A stretch of DNA of 32,000 bases from Acaryochloris thomasi RCC1774. Lineage in GTDB: Bacteria > Cyanobacteriota > Cyanobacteriia > Thermosynechococcales > Thermosynechococcaceae. Within the stretch, counting starts at the first letter, position 1, and each line of letters opens with the position of its first letter. Below, piece after piece: positions 7,979 through 16,246 of this stretch. Where the stretch lies: positions 1 to 32,000 of the forward strand of contig NZ_PQWO01000013.1 of assembly GCF_003231495.1 (NCBI RefSeq), read 5' to 3'. The position numbers were made by a program, and so were the translations under genes. The notes under the pieces were generated by a model. That model saw only the letters and a program-made list of their open reading frames with translations. It made no database searches and was not told the origin of the DNA.

Positions 7979-8797
7979 TTAGTTTTTTGCTTGATGTAGA
8001 TAGGGGAAAAGTTGCCAGTGCAGCAGTCGCAAAGCGGTATCAAACAGCAGGCCCAAGACACCAATCACCAAAATGCCAGCCATAATTTCATCGACGTGGA
8101 CAAATCGCTTGGCCCGCATCATTACGGCTCCGATACCGTTGGTGGCCGCCACGATTTCAGCAATCACCAAATAGGTCCAGCTCACCGCCAGCATTTGCCG
8201 GAGGGTATCGACAATGTTAGGTAGGGCCGCTCGAAAAATGACGGTTCCCAAAATGCTGCGTTTACTCGCCCCTAGCGTTTTTGCGGTTTCCACTAGCTCC
8301 ATGCGAACAGCCTGGGTGTTGTCCATAATTAGCGTGATTAGAAACCAGACAACGCCCAGTACCAGGAGCACAATTTTCTGTTCATCTCCGGTGCCCAGCC
8401 ACATGAGCAGGAGCGGAATGAACGATGGGGCTGGTAAATAACGAAAGGGAGAAACAAGGGGATTGAAAAAGGCTGCCACGATGGGAAAGGTACCCATCAA
8501 GAGACCTAAGGGGAGAGCAATTGTGATCGCAATCCCGTAACTAATCAAAATCCGAAAGACGCTCTGCAGCACATCAGCTAGAAAATCTTGCTCGGCAAAC
8601 AAAATCCACAGGGCCGTAAATACTGTCAGGGGCGGCGGAAATAGCTGCTCGCTGATCTGTCCACTGGTAGCTAAAACATGCCAGCCCACTAAGAACAGTA
8701 TCCAGCTCGAAAGCCCCAACAGTACCTGTAATTGCCTAGAAACAGGTTTCTTGATATCAAAGCCAGAAAGAACCCGAGGCTCAGCGAGCTGGATCAT
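7979..8797 (-). CDS. ABC transporter permease (NitT/TauT family)
   Basis: The protein is polytopic and hydrophobic and has a binding-protein-dependent transport inner-membrane motif region (..AKTLGASKRSILGTVIFRAALPNI..). ATG at 8797 overlaps the ATPase stop by 17 nt. The track start at 8803 is TTG. Confidence 0.85.
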   Translation of the reverse strand: MIQLAEPRVLSGFDIKKPVSRQLQVLLGLSSWILFLVGWHVLATSGQISEQLFPPPLTVFTALWILFAEQDFLADVLQSVFRILISYGIAITIALPLGLLMGTFPIVAAFFNPLVSPFRYLPAPSFIPLLLMWLGTGDEQKIVLLVLGVVWFLITLIMDNTQAVRMELVETAKTLGASKRSILGTVIFRAALPNIVDTLRQMLAVSWTYLVIAEIVAATNGIGAVMMRAKRFVHVDEIMAGILVIGVLGLLFDTALRLLHWQLFPYLHQAKN

Positions 8798-9638
8798 GGG
8801 CAACTTCCCTCATCAAATGCATAATTCTCTTTTGCAGGTCGATATATTCAGAGATTTCATACATGCTTTCCTTGGTGATTGGCTTGGCCTCACCCTGTCG
8901 CGGAGCTGGGATAATTTCTCTGATCGTTCCGGGGTGGCTGGAGAGGAAAACAATTTTGTCAGCTAGGAATAGAGCTTCATCAACGTCGTGAGTGACCATC
9001 AGCACCGTCATGTTCTCGGTACGGACAATATCTAGAAGCAGCTCCTGCATCTGCCACCGGGTTTCGGGGTCCAGTGCGCCGAAGGGTTCATCCATGAGTA
9101 AGATTTCTGGACCGTTGGCGAGGGCGCGTGCGATCGCAACTCGCTGTCGCATTCCCCCTGAGAGCTGACCGGGATAAGCATCTCTAAATTGCGTCAGCCG
9201 GACACGATCAATAAAATGGTTGGCGATATCACGACGTTCGGCTCGGGGGATACCGTTAACTTTGAGACCGTACTCGACATTCTCTCTAACGGTCAACCAG
9301 GGGAAAGAAGTATAGCTTTGAAAGACCATACCGCGATCTCGTCCTGGCCCCGCAATCGGGTGACCAGATAGTAAAATCTTGCCTGCCGAAATGGACTCTA
9401 GACCGGCCACCATTCGCAGGATTGTAGACTTACCGCACCCTGAGGGGCCGAGCAAAATACCAATCTCGTTCTGTTGAACGTTAAAAGAGACGGAGTCAAC
9501 GGCGCAAAGCTGCTTGCGTCCTTTTAGTTGAAAGATTTTGCAGGCCTTATCAACACTGAGTTTTTCCGCAACCGGGTTAGCAGGTTCAGTCCTTTGAAGA
9601 TGAGGTTTCTGAAGCGCAGTGGGTGATGGACTTGCCAA
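8781..9638 (-). CDS. ABC transporter ATP-binding protein (NitT/TauT family)
   Basis: Walker A is GPSGCGKST, the signature is [15 protein letters not shown] and Walker B is [28 protein letters not shown] is typical of the TauB/SsuB/NrtD type. The start is TTG at 9638, 7 nt after a strong aaggagg. Confidence 0.9.
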   Translation of the reverse strand: MASPSPTALQKPHLQRTEPANPVAEKLSVDKACKIFQLKGRKQLCAVDSVSFNVQQNEIGILLGPSGCGKSTILRMVAGLESISAGKILLSGHPIAGPGRDRGMVFQSYTSFPWLTVRENVEYGLKVNGIPRAERRDIANHFIDRVRLTQFRDAYPGQLSGGMRQRVAIARALANGPEILLMDEPFGALDPETRWQMQELLLDIVRTENMTVLMVTHDVDEALFLADKIVFLSSHPGTIREIIPAPRQGEAKPITKESMYEISEYIDLQKRIMHLMREVAHDPAR

Positions 9639-9799
9639 AAGAGAACCTCCTTTCTATAGGGCGAGCAGTACGATTCGAGAATCCACTGTTTAACCGCGAT
9701 CAAAAAGCAGGAGAAAAGGTTTCTAGCACCTTTAACAAACGAGATGGTGCATTGAAAACCCCTGCATTCAAGAGCTTAAGGCCGTTTTAGCGATTCCCT

Positions 9800-9842
9800 A
9801 TTATTCGTTGAGTTAAAGAATAAAACTGTCTAACTGGATACG
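9800..9842 (-). promoter_or_regulatory. Candidate NtcA-type promoter for the ABC operon (imperfect)
   Basis: The minus strand reads GTAtccagttaGAC (plus-strand 9828-9841). One half-site deviates from the GTAN8TAC consensus. It is followed after 22 nt by AATAAT (9800-9805), which is the canonical NtcA class II spacing. This implies a leader of roughly 150 nt. Confidence 0.2.
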
Positions 9843-9905
9843 AACATCAGGGCTTAGCCAATTTCTACTAGCTGCATTAGGTGGGTGATGAATACGAGAA
9901 GACAC

Positions 9906-10712
9906 CTATCTTTGAAATTGTTGCTGTGTTATCTCATCAGCAGGGAAAAAGCATTCCAAGCGAAGCTCCTGCAGCGTAATATCTTGCGGCGTCCCTAACG
10001 TGGAAATCATCGTAAAAAAGCTGAGCTGCTGTCCAGCTTTAGAAAAGTTGACGGTGAGCAGTGGGAGCTGCCAGTTCTCCTTTGCGGGAGCCTGCCATAG
10101 TTCAAGAACATCTGGATAGGTCAACAGACTTTCAAGCAGGGCTTGCGATTGTTCATCTTGTCCAACGGCCAATGCTTCCCGGTGCACTCGATGGATCAGG
10201 TGAGGTGCGATCGCATCCCAATTCGAAACATGATCTTTAATTCCATTGGGGTGCAGCATCAGTTTCATCAGATTCGGCCCAATTTCATCAGAGACAGTTT
10301 GCCCTGACAGTAACCAGTCCATTAACTGAGCGGTTCCCTGGTTGGTTTTCAACTGATTCCAGTAGCGATCCATGACCAGTGCAGGGTAGGGTTCTTGCTG
10401 ATGCAGCGCAAAGTCTAAGGCACGGCGAATAGGGTCCAGCTCTGGAGCACTCAGATCAAATTCTGAATAAATGGGGGCAAAACCGGCTGCGGTGAGCATT
10501 TTATTCTGCTGACGCAACGGAATGTCAAGAACAGTCGCCAGCTTAAGGACCATGTCGCGACTCGGACGGGCGCGTCCGGATTCAACAAAGCTGATATGCC
10601 GTTGCGACACGCCGCTCGCTATTGACAGGTCGAGCTGACTGAAATTGCGTTGCGATCGCCAGTATCTCAAAAATTGACCGAAGGCCTTATCTAAGCTGCT
10701 CTCTGACGACAT
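9906..10712 (-). CDS. XRE-type HTH transcriptional regulator with an MmyB-like ligand-binding domain
   Basis: FLRYWRSQRNFSQLDLSIASGVSQRHISFVESGRARPSRDMVLKLATVLDIPLRQQNKMLTAAGFAP is the hallmark N-terminus of MmyB-like regulators. The C-terminal region contains PALVMDRYWN. Confidence 0.8.
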   Translation of the reverse strand: MSSESSLDKAFGQFLRYWRSQRNFSQLDLSIASGVSQRHISFVESGRARPSRDMVLKLATVLDIPLRQQNKMLTAAGFAPIYSEFDLSAPELDPIRRALDFALHQQEPYPALVMDRYWNQLKTNQGTAQLMDWLLSGQTVSDEIGPNLMKLMLHPNGIKDHVSNWDAIAPHLIHRVHREALAVGQDEQSQALLESLLTYPDVLELWQAPAKENWQLPLLTVNFSKAGQQLSFFTMISTLGTPQDITLQELRLECFFPADEITQQQFQR

Positions 10713-10836
10713 TATTTAAAAGCTTTTAGCAGGGGGTACCTCTTTACTATTACCTCGAGCGTAATTGAATTGACTACTTCTTCTAGTCACAATTGGACTG
10801 TGAAATCAAACCATACTCACGCCCAAAGGATGCATC

Positions 10837-11208
10837 ATGATGAATATCTCGACTCAGCAGCGCTCCCAATCTCAGGGTCTAAGCAAGATTTATCTCATCT
10901 TTATCATTCTCAGTCTGGTGATATCGTGGGGAATTTTTTTGCAGTTTTTGCTTTCAGGTGAGGCTTCAGTTTCCCTTTTCTTCGAACAGGCTTTAGCGAC
11001 TCCGGTTTCAAGGCTCCTCTCCAGCGATATTGCTATCTCTGCGTTCATCTTTTTCATTTTTGCTTACGTCGAACTGAAGCGATTTCAGATGCCCTCTAAC
11101 CTACTTGTAATTTATATTCTCGGTACGTTTTCTGTTGGTATTTGCTTCGGTCTCTCTCTATTTCTCTATCAAAGAGAAACGTGGTTCAAGCACTCCCAGC
11201 CCCAGTAA
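10837..11208 (+). CDS. Small integral membrane protein (3 predicted TM helices; possibly DUF2834-like)
   Basis: Hydrophobic segments are IYLIFIILSLVISWGIFLQFLL, IAISAFIFFIFAYV and LLVIYILGTFSVGICFGLSLFLY. It is divergent from the regulator. The family assignment comes from memory only. Confidence 0.5.
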   Translation: MMNISTQQRSQSQGLSKIYLIFIILSLVISWGIFLQFLLSGEASVSLFFEQALATPVSRLLSSDIAISAFIFFIFAYVELKRFQMPSNLLVIYILGTFSVGICFGLSLFLYQRETWFKHSQPQ

Positions 11209-11234
11209 TTCACGAGCGGGTATATTCGGATATC

Positions 11235-12104
11235 TCAGATTTCCACGGTACTCTTTTCCATGAATCGCTTACGTTGCCGCTGAGCCATCCAGCAGGTTAT
11301 GTCCCAAACATCAGCGACAGGCATTGCACTGTAGGGCAATGTTTGCATGTAGCCATCCCAAAGAAATTCAGGCATCATCGTGGTCTGTAGCATGCCTCGC
11401 TTGGCTTGCAGCTTCCAAATGAGATCCCACCAGCGTTCGTGGGCCGTTAGTGCTTCTGTATATTCTGGTGCGCGTGGATCAGACACTTGAGCATGTTGAG
11501 GGTAGCCCACCCGACACTGAACATGCATTGCTCGTTCAGCACAAAGCTCAAGAATTGACCATTCTGAATCAATTAGCCGCTCACAGACGACACACCAATG
11601 GCTAAAGTCGCAGGTCAATTTCATCTGCGGAAATTCGTTGAGGAGATCTCGCGTAATCCAAGGATTGAAAAGAGATCGCCCTCGATGAGTTTCAAAGCTA
11701 ATTGTGATTCCAGAGCTGCTCTCTAGCTCTAAGGCTTGACCGAAGAAATCGACGTTTTGTGACCAGGACCAGGCATCGTACCCACACATTGTCGAAACGA
11801 AAAGTGCTCCCATCTCTGCAGCATGTTCAACAGTCCATCTCAAGTCTGATAGGTGATCAGCAATGGTTTTGTCTGGGCGAGGTATCCACCAGTCGGAGGG
11901 GCTGCCAAAATCTCCGCCGGTTGTTGATTCGGCAATAAAAAAAAGTTCATGATCGGCAAGGAGTTTTTTGTAGCGTTGTTGCTCTGCCACACTTTGGGGG
12001 ATGGGGCCTTCGATGCCGTCGAAGCCATCTGTGACAGTTTGGGTAACTAGGTTTTCTAGGGAGGCTGGACCAGTCCATTGCGATCGCAACATCAATAAAT
12101 CCAC
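11235..12104 (-). CDS. Xylose-isomerase-like TIM-barrel protein (sugar phosphate isomerase/epimerase family)
   Basis: The length, and motifs such as FETHRGR and CDFSHW around metal-ligand-like His/Asp/Glu positions, fit the AP-endonuclease-2/xylose isomerase-like fold. The start is GTG at 12104, preceded by gagagga. An alternative ATG lies at 12092. Confidence 0.65.
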   Translation of the reverse strand: MDLLMLRSQWTGPASLENLVTQTVTDGFDGIEGPIPQSVAEQQRYKKLLADHELFFIAESTTGGDFGSPSDWWIPRPDKTIADHLSDLRWTVEHAAEMGALFVSTMCGYDAWSWSQNVDFFGQALELESSSGITISFETHRGRSLFNPWITRDLLNEFPQMKLTCDFSHWCVVCERLIDSEWSILELCAERAMHVQCRVGYPQHAQVSDPRAPEYTEALTAHERWWDLIWKLQAKRGMLQTTMMPEFLWDGYMQTLPYSAMPVADVWDITCWMAQRQRKRFMEKSTVEI

Positions 12105-12199
12105 GGCATCCTCTCTGGCTGATTATGCAGGAATCTTATCGCTTCACCTCAGAATATTGTCTCGATAGTAGAAAAACGAGCGTGACTTCTCTTGAGATC

Positions 12200-12213
12200 G
12201 TAACTGCGGCTAC
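12200..12213. promoter_or_regulatory. Perfect GTAN8TAC palindrome (NtcA-box consensus) in a divergent promoter region
   Basis: gtaactgcggctac lies between the TIM-barrel gene (-) and the GS-like/ADH/ALDH operon (+). The spacing to candidate -10 elements is non-canonical in both directions: about 35 nt to tacgct on the plus strand and about 29 nt to tactat on the minus strand. Confidence 0.3.
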
Positions 12214-12268
12214 AAACGCTTTCAGATAAGGCTGTTTGACTAAAGCTATACGCTCGGAGACCCTCACA

Positions 12269-13594
12269 ATGGTAGGAACGCTCACGCAGACTACGACGCT
12301 GTTTGAACAGGCCCAAGCTCTCGGTATCAAGTTTTTTCTGGTGTCTTACACCGACCTACTGGGCGGGACCAGAGCCAAGCTCGTCCCCGCCGCTAAAATT
12401 GCATCTGTTGAAAAGAACGGAGCTTTCTTCTCTTCCTTTGCTTCTAATTTAGGCTTAGGACCGGATGCTGCTGAAATTGCTGCGATTCCAGATCCAAGCT
12501 CACTGATTCAGCTTCCTTGGGAGCCGACAGTCGGCTGGGTTGCCAGTGACGTTTACTTTGAAGGCAAGCCCTTCCCCGCTGCGCCACGCACGATTCTCAA
12601 TCAGGTTTTAGATGAATGTATTGAGTTGGGATATACCTATAAAGCTGGAATCGAAGCCGAGTTCTTTCTACTCAAAAAGACAGATGTGGGCTATGTCGTA
12701 GCCGACGACCGCGATACAGCAGAGCGTCCCTGCTATGACCAGCTCAACCTAATGCGCCAGTTTGATCTGATTTCTGAAGTGGTGGGGTACATGGAAGCGC
12801 TGGGATGGGAGCCTTACCAATGTGATCACGAAGATGCCAACGGTCAGTTTGAGCTGAACTGGAGCTTCAGCGAGGCCAAGGTGGCTTGCGATCGCCATGT
12901 CTTCTTTAAATACATGGTTAAAACCTTGGCTGAGAAGCGCGGCTTCACCGCCACCTTCATGCCCAAGCCCTTCAGCCACATTACCGGCAGCGGCGGTCAC
13001 GTTCACAATAGCCTCTGGCAGGGCGAGACCAACAGCTTTGCCGAGGGCGCAGACAAGGGCGGACTCTCGCCCGTCGGCTATCACTTCTTGGGGGGCGTAT
13101 TAGAACACGCCAAGGGGCTGACGGCCTTGTTTGCCCCCACCGTGAATTCCTATCGCCGTTTGGGAGCTAGTTCCACCACCTCAGGCAGCACCTGGTCACC
13201 GCGCTACATTTCCTATGGCGGCAACAATCGGTCCCACATGCTGCGCATTCCTGAAGCCGGACGCTTTGAGTGTCGCTTGATTGATGGGGCCGCCAATATG
13301 TACCTAGCTTTAGCAGGGTTGCTGGCAGCAGGGATAGACGGCATCAAAAAACAAACGTCCCCTGGAGAGCGCATTGATGAAAATCTGTACGCACGCGGCT
13401 CGGAGTTCCCAGATTTGCCGACGCTGCCAGCCAATCTGTATGAGGCACTCAAGGCACTGAAGCAAAATGAGCTGCTCATGGAAACGCTCGGCGATCTAGG
13501 TGCAAAAACCTTCTTTGAGTTCAAAGAGAAGGAGTGGAACGCGTTCTGCGATCAGGTGACGGACTGGGAAATGAACCATTACATCGATATTTAA
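12269..13594 (+). CDS. Glutamine synthetase-like ATP-dependent gamma-glutamyl ligase (paralogue B)
   Basis: GS motifs are present: GIEAEFF, CDHEDANGQFE, GSGGHVH, NSYRRL, MLRIP, FECR. ATG at 12269 is preferred over the TTG at 12236 used by the track. Confidence 0.85.
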   Translation: MVGTLTQTTTLFEQAQALGIKFFLVSYTDLLGGTRAKLVPAAKIASVEKNGAFFSSFASNLGLGPDAAEIAAIPDPSSLIQLPWEPTVGWVASDVYFEGKPFPAAPRTILNQVLDECIELGYTYKAGIEAEFFLLKKTDVGYVVADDRDTAERPCYDQLNLMRQFDLISEVVGYMEALGWEPYQCDHEDANGQFELNWSFSEAKVACDRHVFFKYMVKTLAEKRGFTATFMPKPFSHITGSGGHVHNSLWQGETNSFAEGADKGGLSPVGYHFLGGVLEHAKGLTALFAPTVNSYRRLGASSTTSGSTWSPRYISYGGNNRSHMLRIPEAGRFECRLIDGAANMYLALAGLLAAGIDGIKKQTSPGERIDENLYARGSEFPDLPTLPANLYEALKALKQNELLMETLGDLGAKTFFEFKEKEWNAFCDQVTDWEMNHYIDI

Positions 13595-13603
13595 GGGGAG
13601 TCT

Positions 13604-14785
13604 ATGGCTTCTGAAACCTCAACCTATAACTTTCCGACCAAGATTCGCTTTGGTGCAGGCGTCAGGACGGAGCTGCTGTCAGAACTTACGGCTCTGGGCA
13701 TCCAGCGGCCCCTGCTGGTCACCGATAAAGATGTGGCTGCACTTTCCTGGTTCTCGGCCATTGAAGATTCTCTCTCTGTTTTAAAGGTCGGTACCTTTAG
13801 CAGCTTTTGGGGCAACCCAGTTGTTTCTCAAGTCGTGGCAGGACAGTCAGCTTATCAATCTCATGGAGCTGATGGCATTATCGCCGTGGGCGGTGGCGCT
13901 CCGATGGATGTCGCCAAGGCGATCGCACTTATGGCTCACCATCCAGGGCATCTGTTTGACTATGAAGACGGAGCCAGCACTCGACCGATTGATCAGCCCA
14001 TTCCACCCATTCTGGCGATTCCAACAACGGCAGGGACCGGTAGTGAAGTGGGTCGCAGCGCCGTGATCTCTGACGATGAAACCCACGCGAAGAAGATTGT
14101 TTTTGATCCGCGGCTACTGCCTCAGGTGGTGCTGGCTGATCCAGAACTGTTATTGGGACTTCCGGCCAAAATCACGGCAGCAACAGGTATGGATGCCTTG
14201 ACTCATTTGATTGAGGCGTTCTTGGCTAAGGGCAGCAATCCACTGTGTGACGGCATTGCTCTGGAGGGAATTTATCTGGTGTCGCAGCACCTAAAAGATA
14301 GCGTTCTGTTTGCCCAGCAGTTGGCCTCAGGGGAATCCGTTGATGAAGCCGATCATTTGAGATCGCGAGCGGGGATGTTAAATGCTTCGATGATGGGTGC
14401 GATCGCGTTTCAAAAAGGTTTAGGCGTTACCCATTCCTGTGCCCATGCCCTCTCAACGGTATGCGATACCCACCACGGCCTCGCCAACGGGGTGATGCTG
14501 CCCGCTACCATGCGGTTTAATCAATCGGCAGCACCAGAAAAGTTCTTACGGATGGCTAGAATTGTGAATCCAGCCGCAACTAGCGGCACAGATTTCATTG
14601 ACTGGATTGTTGAGCTATCCAGCGGGATTGGCATACCTCCGACGCTTAGTGAATTGGGCGTGTCGAGCGAACAGGTGGAGCAACTTATCAACGTGGCGAT
14701 TGATGATGGCTGCCATCCCCTGAATCCGAAGCCAGTGAACCGAGACGATTTTGCCGCGATTTACCAGGATGCGCTAGCTGCCTAG
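13604..14785 (+). CDS. Iron-containing (group III) alcohol dehydrogenase
   Basis: GGGAPMDVAKAIAL is the GGGSxxDxAK-type motif. Metal His motifs are THSCAHALS and HHGLANGVMLP. It starts 9 nt after GS-like B, with aagggga upstream. Confidence 0.9.
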   Translation: MASETSTYNFPTKIRFGAGVRTELLSELTALGIQRPLLVTDKDVAALSWFSAIEDSLSVLKVGTFSSFWGNPVVSQVVAGQSAYQSHGADGIIAVGGGAPMDVAKAIALMAHHPGHLFDYEDGASTRPIDQPIPPILAIPTTAGTGSEVGRSAVISDDETHAKKIVFDPRLLPQVVLADPELLLGLPAKITAATGMDALTHLIEAFLAKGSNPLCDGIALEGIYLVSQHLKDSVLFAQQLASGESVDEADHLRSRAGMLNASMMGAIAFQKGLGVTHSCAHALSTVCDTHHGLANGVMLPATMRFNQSAAPEKFLRMARIVNPAATSGTDFIDWIVELSSGIGIPPTLSELGVSSEQVEQLINVAIDDGCHPLNPKPVNRDDFAAIYQDALAA

Positions 14786-14793
14786 GACCCTCT

Positions 14794-16194
14794 ATGACCG
14801 ACTTCATTTCTGTCTTTAACCCTGCAACAGAGGAGCTAATCAAAGAGATTCCCGTTGACGATAGCGCAGCGGTGGCGCAAAAGGTACAACATGCTCGGAG
14901 TGCCCAGCCAGCCTGGGCTTCGCTGCCGCTTCCTGAACGGATTGGAGCTTTGGAAAAGTTCAGAGACTTACTAATCCAGCAGGTTGAAACACTAGCTGCA
15001 ACGATGACGGCAGAAACTGGAAAGCCGATTTCTCAGTCGAAGAGTGAAATTCTCGCAACGCCCCAGCGCATTGACTTCTTTTGTGAACATATTGCGCAAG
15101 TGTTGACGCCGCAGCGCGTTTATCAGGAACCATGGCAGGCGCTGCCAGGCACAGGCCAGCTAGAAGAAGTCATTTCCTATGATCCGCTGGGGGTTATTGC
15201 CAATATCTCTGCCTGGAACTACCCATATTTTGTTGGAACGAATGTTTTTGTCCCAGCGTTGCTGACCGGCAATGCTGTTGTGTATAAACCGTCTGAAGTA
15301 GCGACGATGACAGGGCTTGCAATCGCATCCCTTCTCCACGAAGCAGGCATCCCCCAAGATGTGTTTATTCCCATCATTGGCGCAGGAGAAACAGGAGCGG
15401 CCCTGCTAGAGCAGGCCATCGACGGTATATTTTTCACAGGCTCTTACGGGACAGGGCAGAAAATTGCGATCGCAGCTGCTCCAAAGCTGATCAAGACACA
15501 GCTAGAGCTTGGAGGTAAAGATCCGGCCTACGTCTGCGACGATGCTGATGTGGCGACAGCGGCGGCAGGTCTTGCGGACGGAGCCTTCTACAACAACGGC
15601 CAAAGCTGCTGCGGAATAGAACGCATCTATGTACATAAAGACGTATATAAGCCATTCATCGAAAAATTCTTACACACTGTACAAAGTTTCAAAGGGGGCG
15701 CTCCCACCGAGCCTCAAACCTATCTTGGTCCCCTCAGCCGTCAGCCCCAACTGATCGCCTTAAGGCAGCAGGTCAAAGATGCTTTAGATAAAGGTGCTCA
15801 ATTACGCTGTGGTGGACATTCCCTTGCAGGTCCGGGTTGGTACTTTGAGCCAACGGTACTCACAAAGGTGACGCACGACATGCTGATCATGCAAGAAGAG
15901 TCCTTTGGTCCTGTGATTGGTATTCAGTGCGTTGAGGATGATGAAAGTGCGATCGCACTCATGAACGACACCAAGTATGGACTCACAGCATCGGTGTATA
16001 GTGCCAGCCGAAAACGGGCCGTAGGCATTTTGAGCCAAGTGAACAGCGGGAGTTCTTATTGGAACTGTTGCGATCGCGTCAGCCCCAGACTTCCCTGGAC
16101 GGGGCGAGGGCATTCAGGCATCGGATCTACCCTCTCGGTGGCGGGAATCTATGCTTTTTTGCAGCCTCGGGCTTGGCATCTAAAGAGCCACTAA
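14794..16194 (+). CDS. NAD(P)+-dependent aldehyde dehydrogenase
   Basis: The catalytic Glu motif is ELGGKDP. The catalytic Cys motif is NNGQSCCGIERIYV. EESFGPV is also present. It starts 8 nt after the Fe-ADH stop. Confidence 0.9.
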   Translation: MTDFISVFNPATEELIKEIPVDDSAAVAQKVQHARSAQPAWASLPLPERIGALEKFRDLLIQQVETLAATMTAETGKPISQSKSEILATPQRIDFFCEHIAQVLTPQRVYQEPWQALPGTGQLEEVISYDPLGVIANISAWNYPYFVGTNVFVPALLTGNAVVYKPSEVATMTGLAIASLLHEAGIPQDVFIPIIGAGETGAALLEQAIDGIFFTGSYGTGQKIAIAAAPKLIKTQLELGGKDPAYVCDDADVATAAAGLADGAFYNNGQSCCGIERIYVHKDVYKPFIEKFLHTVQSFKGGAPTEPQTYLGPLSRQPQLIALRQQVKDALDKGAQLRCGGHSLAGPGWYFEPTVLTKVTHDMLIMQEESFGPVIGIQCVEDDESAIALMNDTKYGLTASVYSASRKRAVGILSQVNSGSSYWNCCDRVSPRLPWTGRGHSGIGSTLSVAGIYAFLQPRAWHLKSH

Positions 16195-16246
16195 GACAAC
16201 AGCGAGCGCTACAATCGAAACCAATCGCACGTAAGGCACACCCATC

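Noticed and set aside
5907-9129. A 3.2-kb gap without HIP1 covering cpcL, the binding protein and the permease, considered as evidence of horizontal acquisition. Similar gaps occur at 16078-18188 and 18666-21611.
   Set aside because: With a mean spacing of about 1.1 kb, gaps of 2-3 kb are not statistically unusual. Codon and GC composition did not look obviously foreign by eye.
9672-9684. gattcgagaatcc, which superficially resembles a tRNA T-arm (GGTTCGAATCC)
   Set aside because: It has no GG start and no flanking acceptor, D or anticodon stems that I could build. It lies in the ABC operon leader. I found no tRNA, rRNA or CRISPR repeat-spacer periodicity anywhere in the window.
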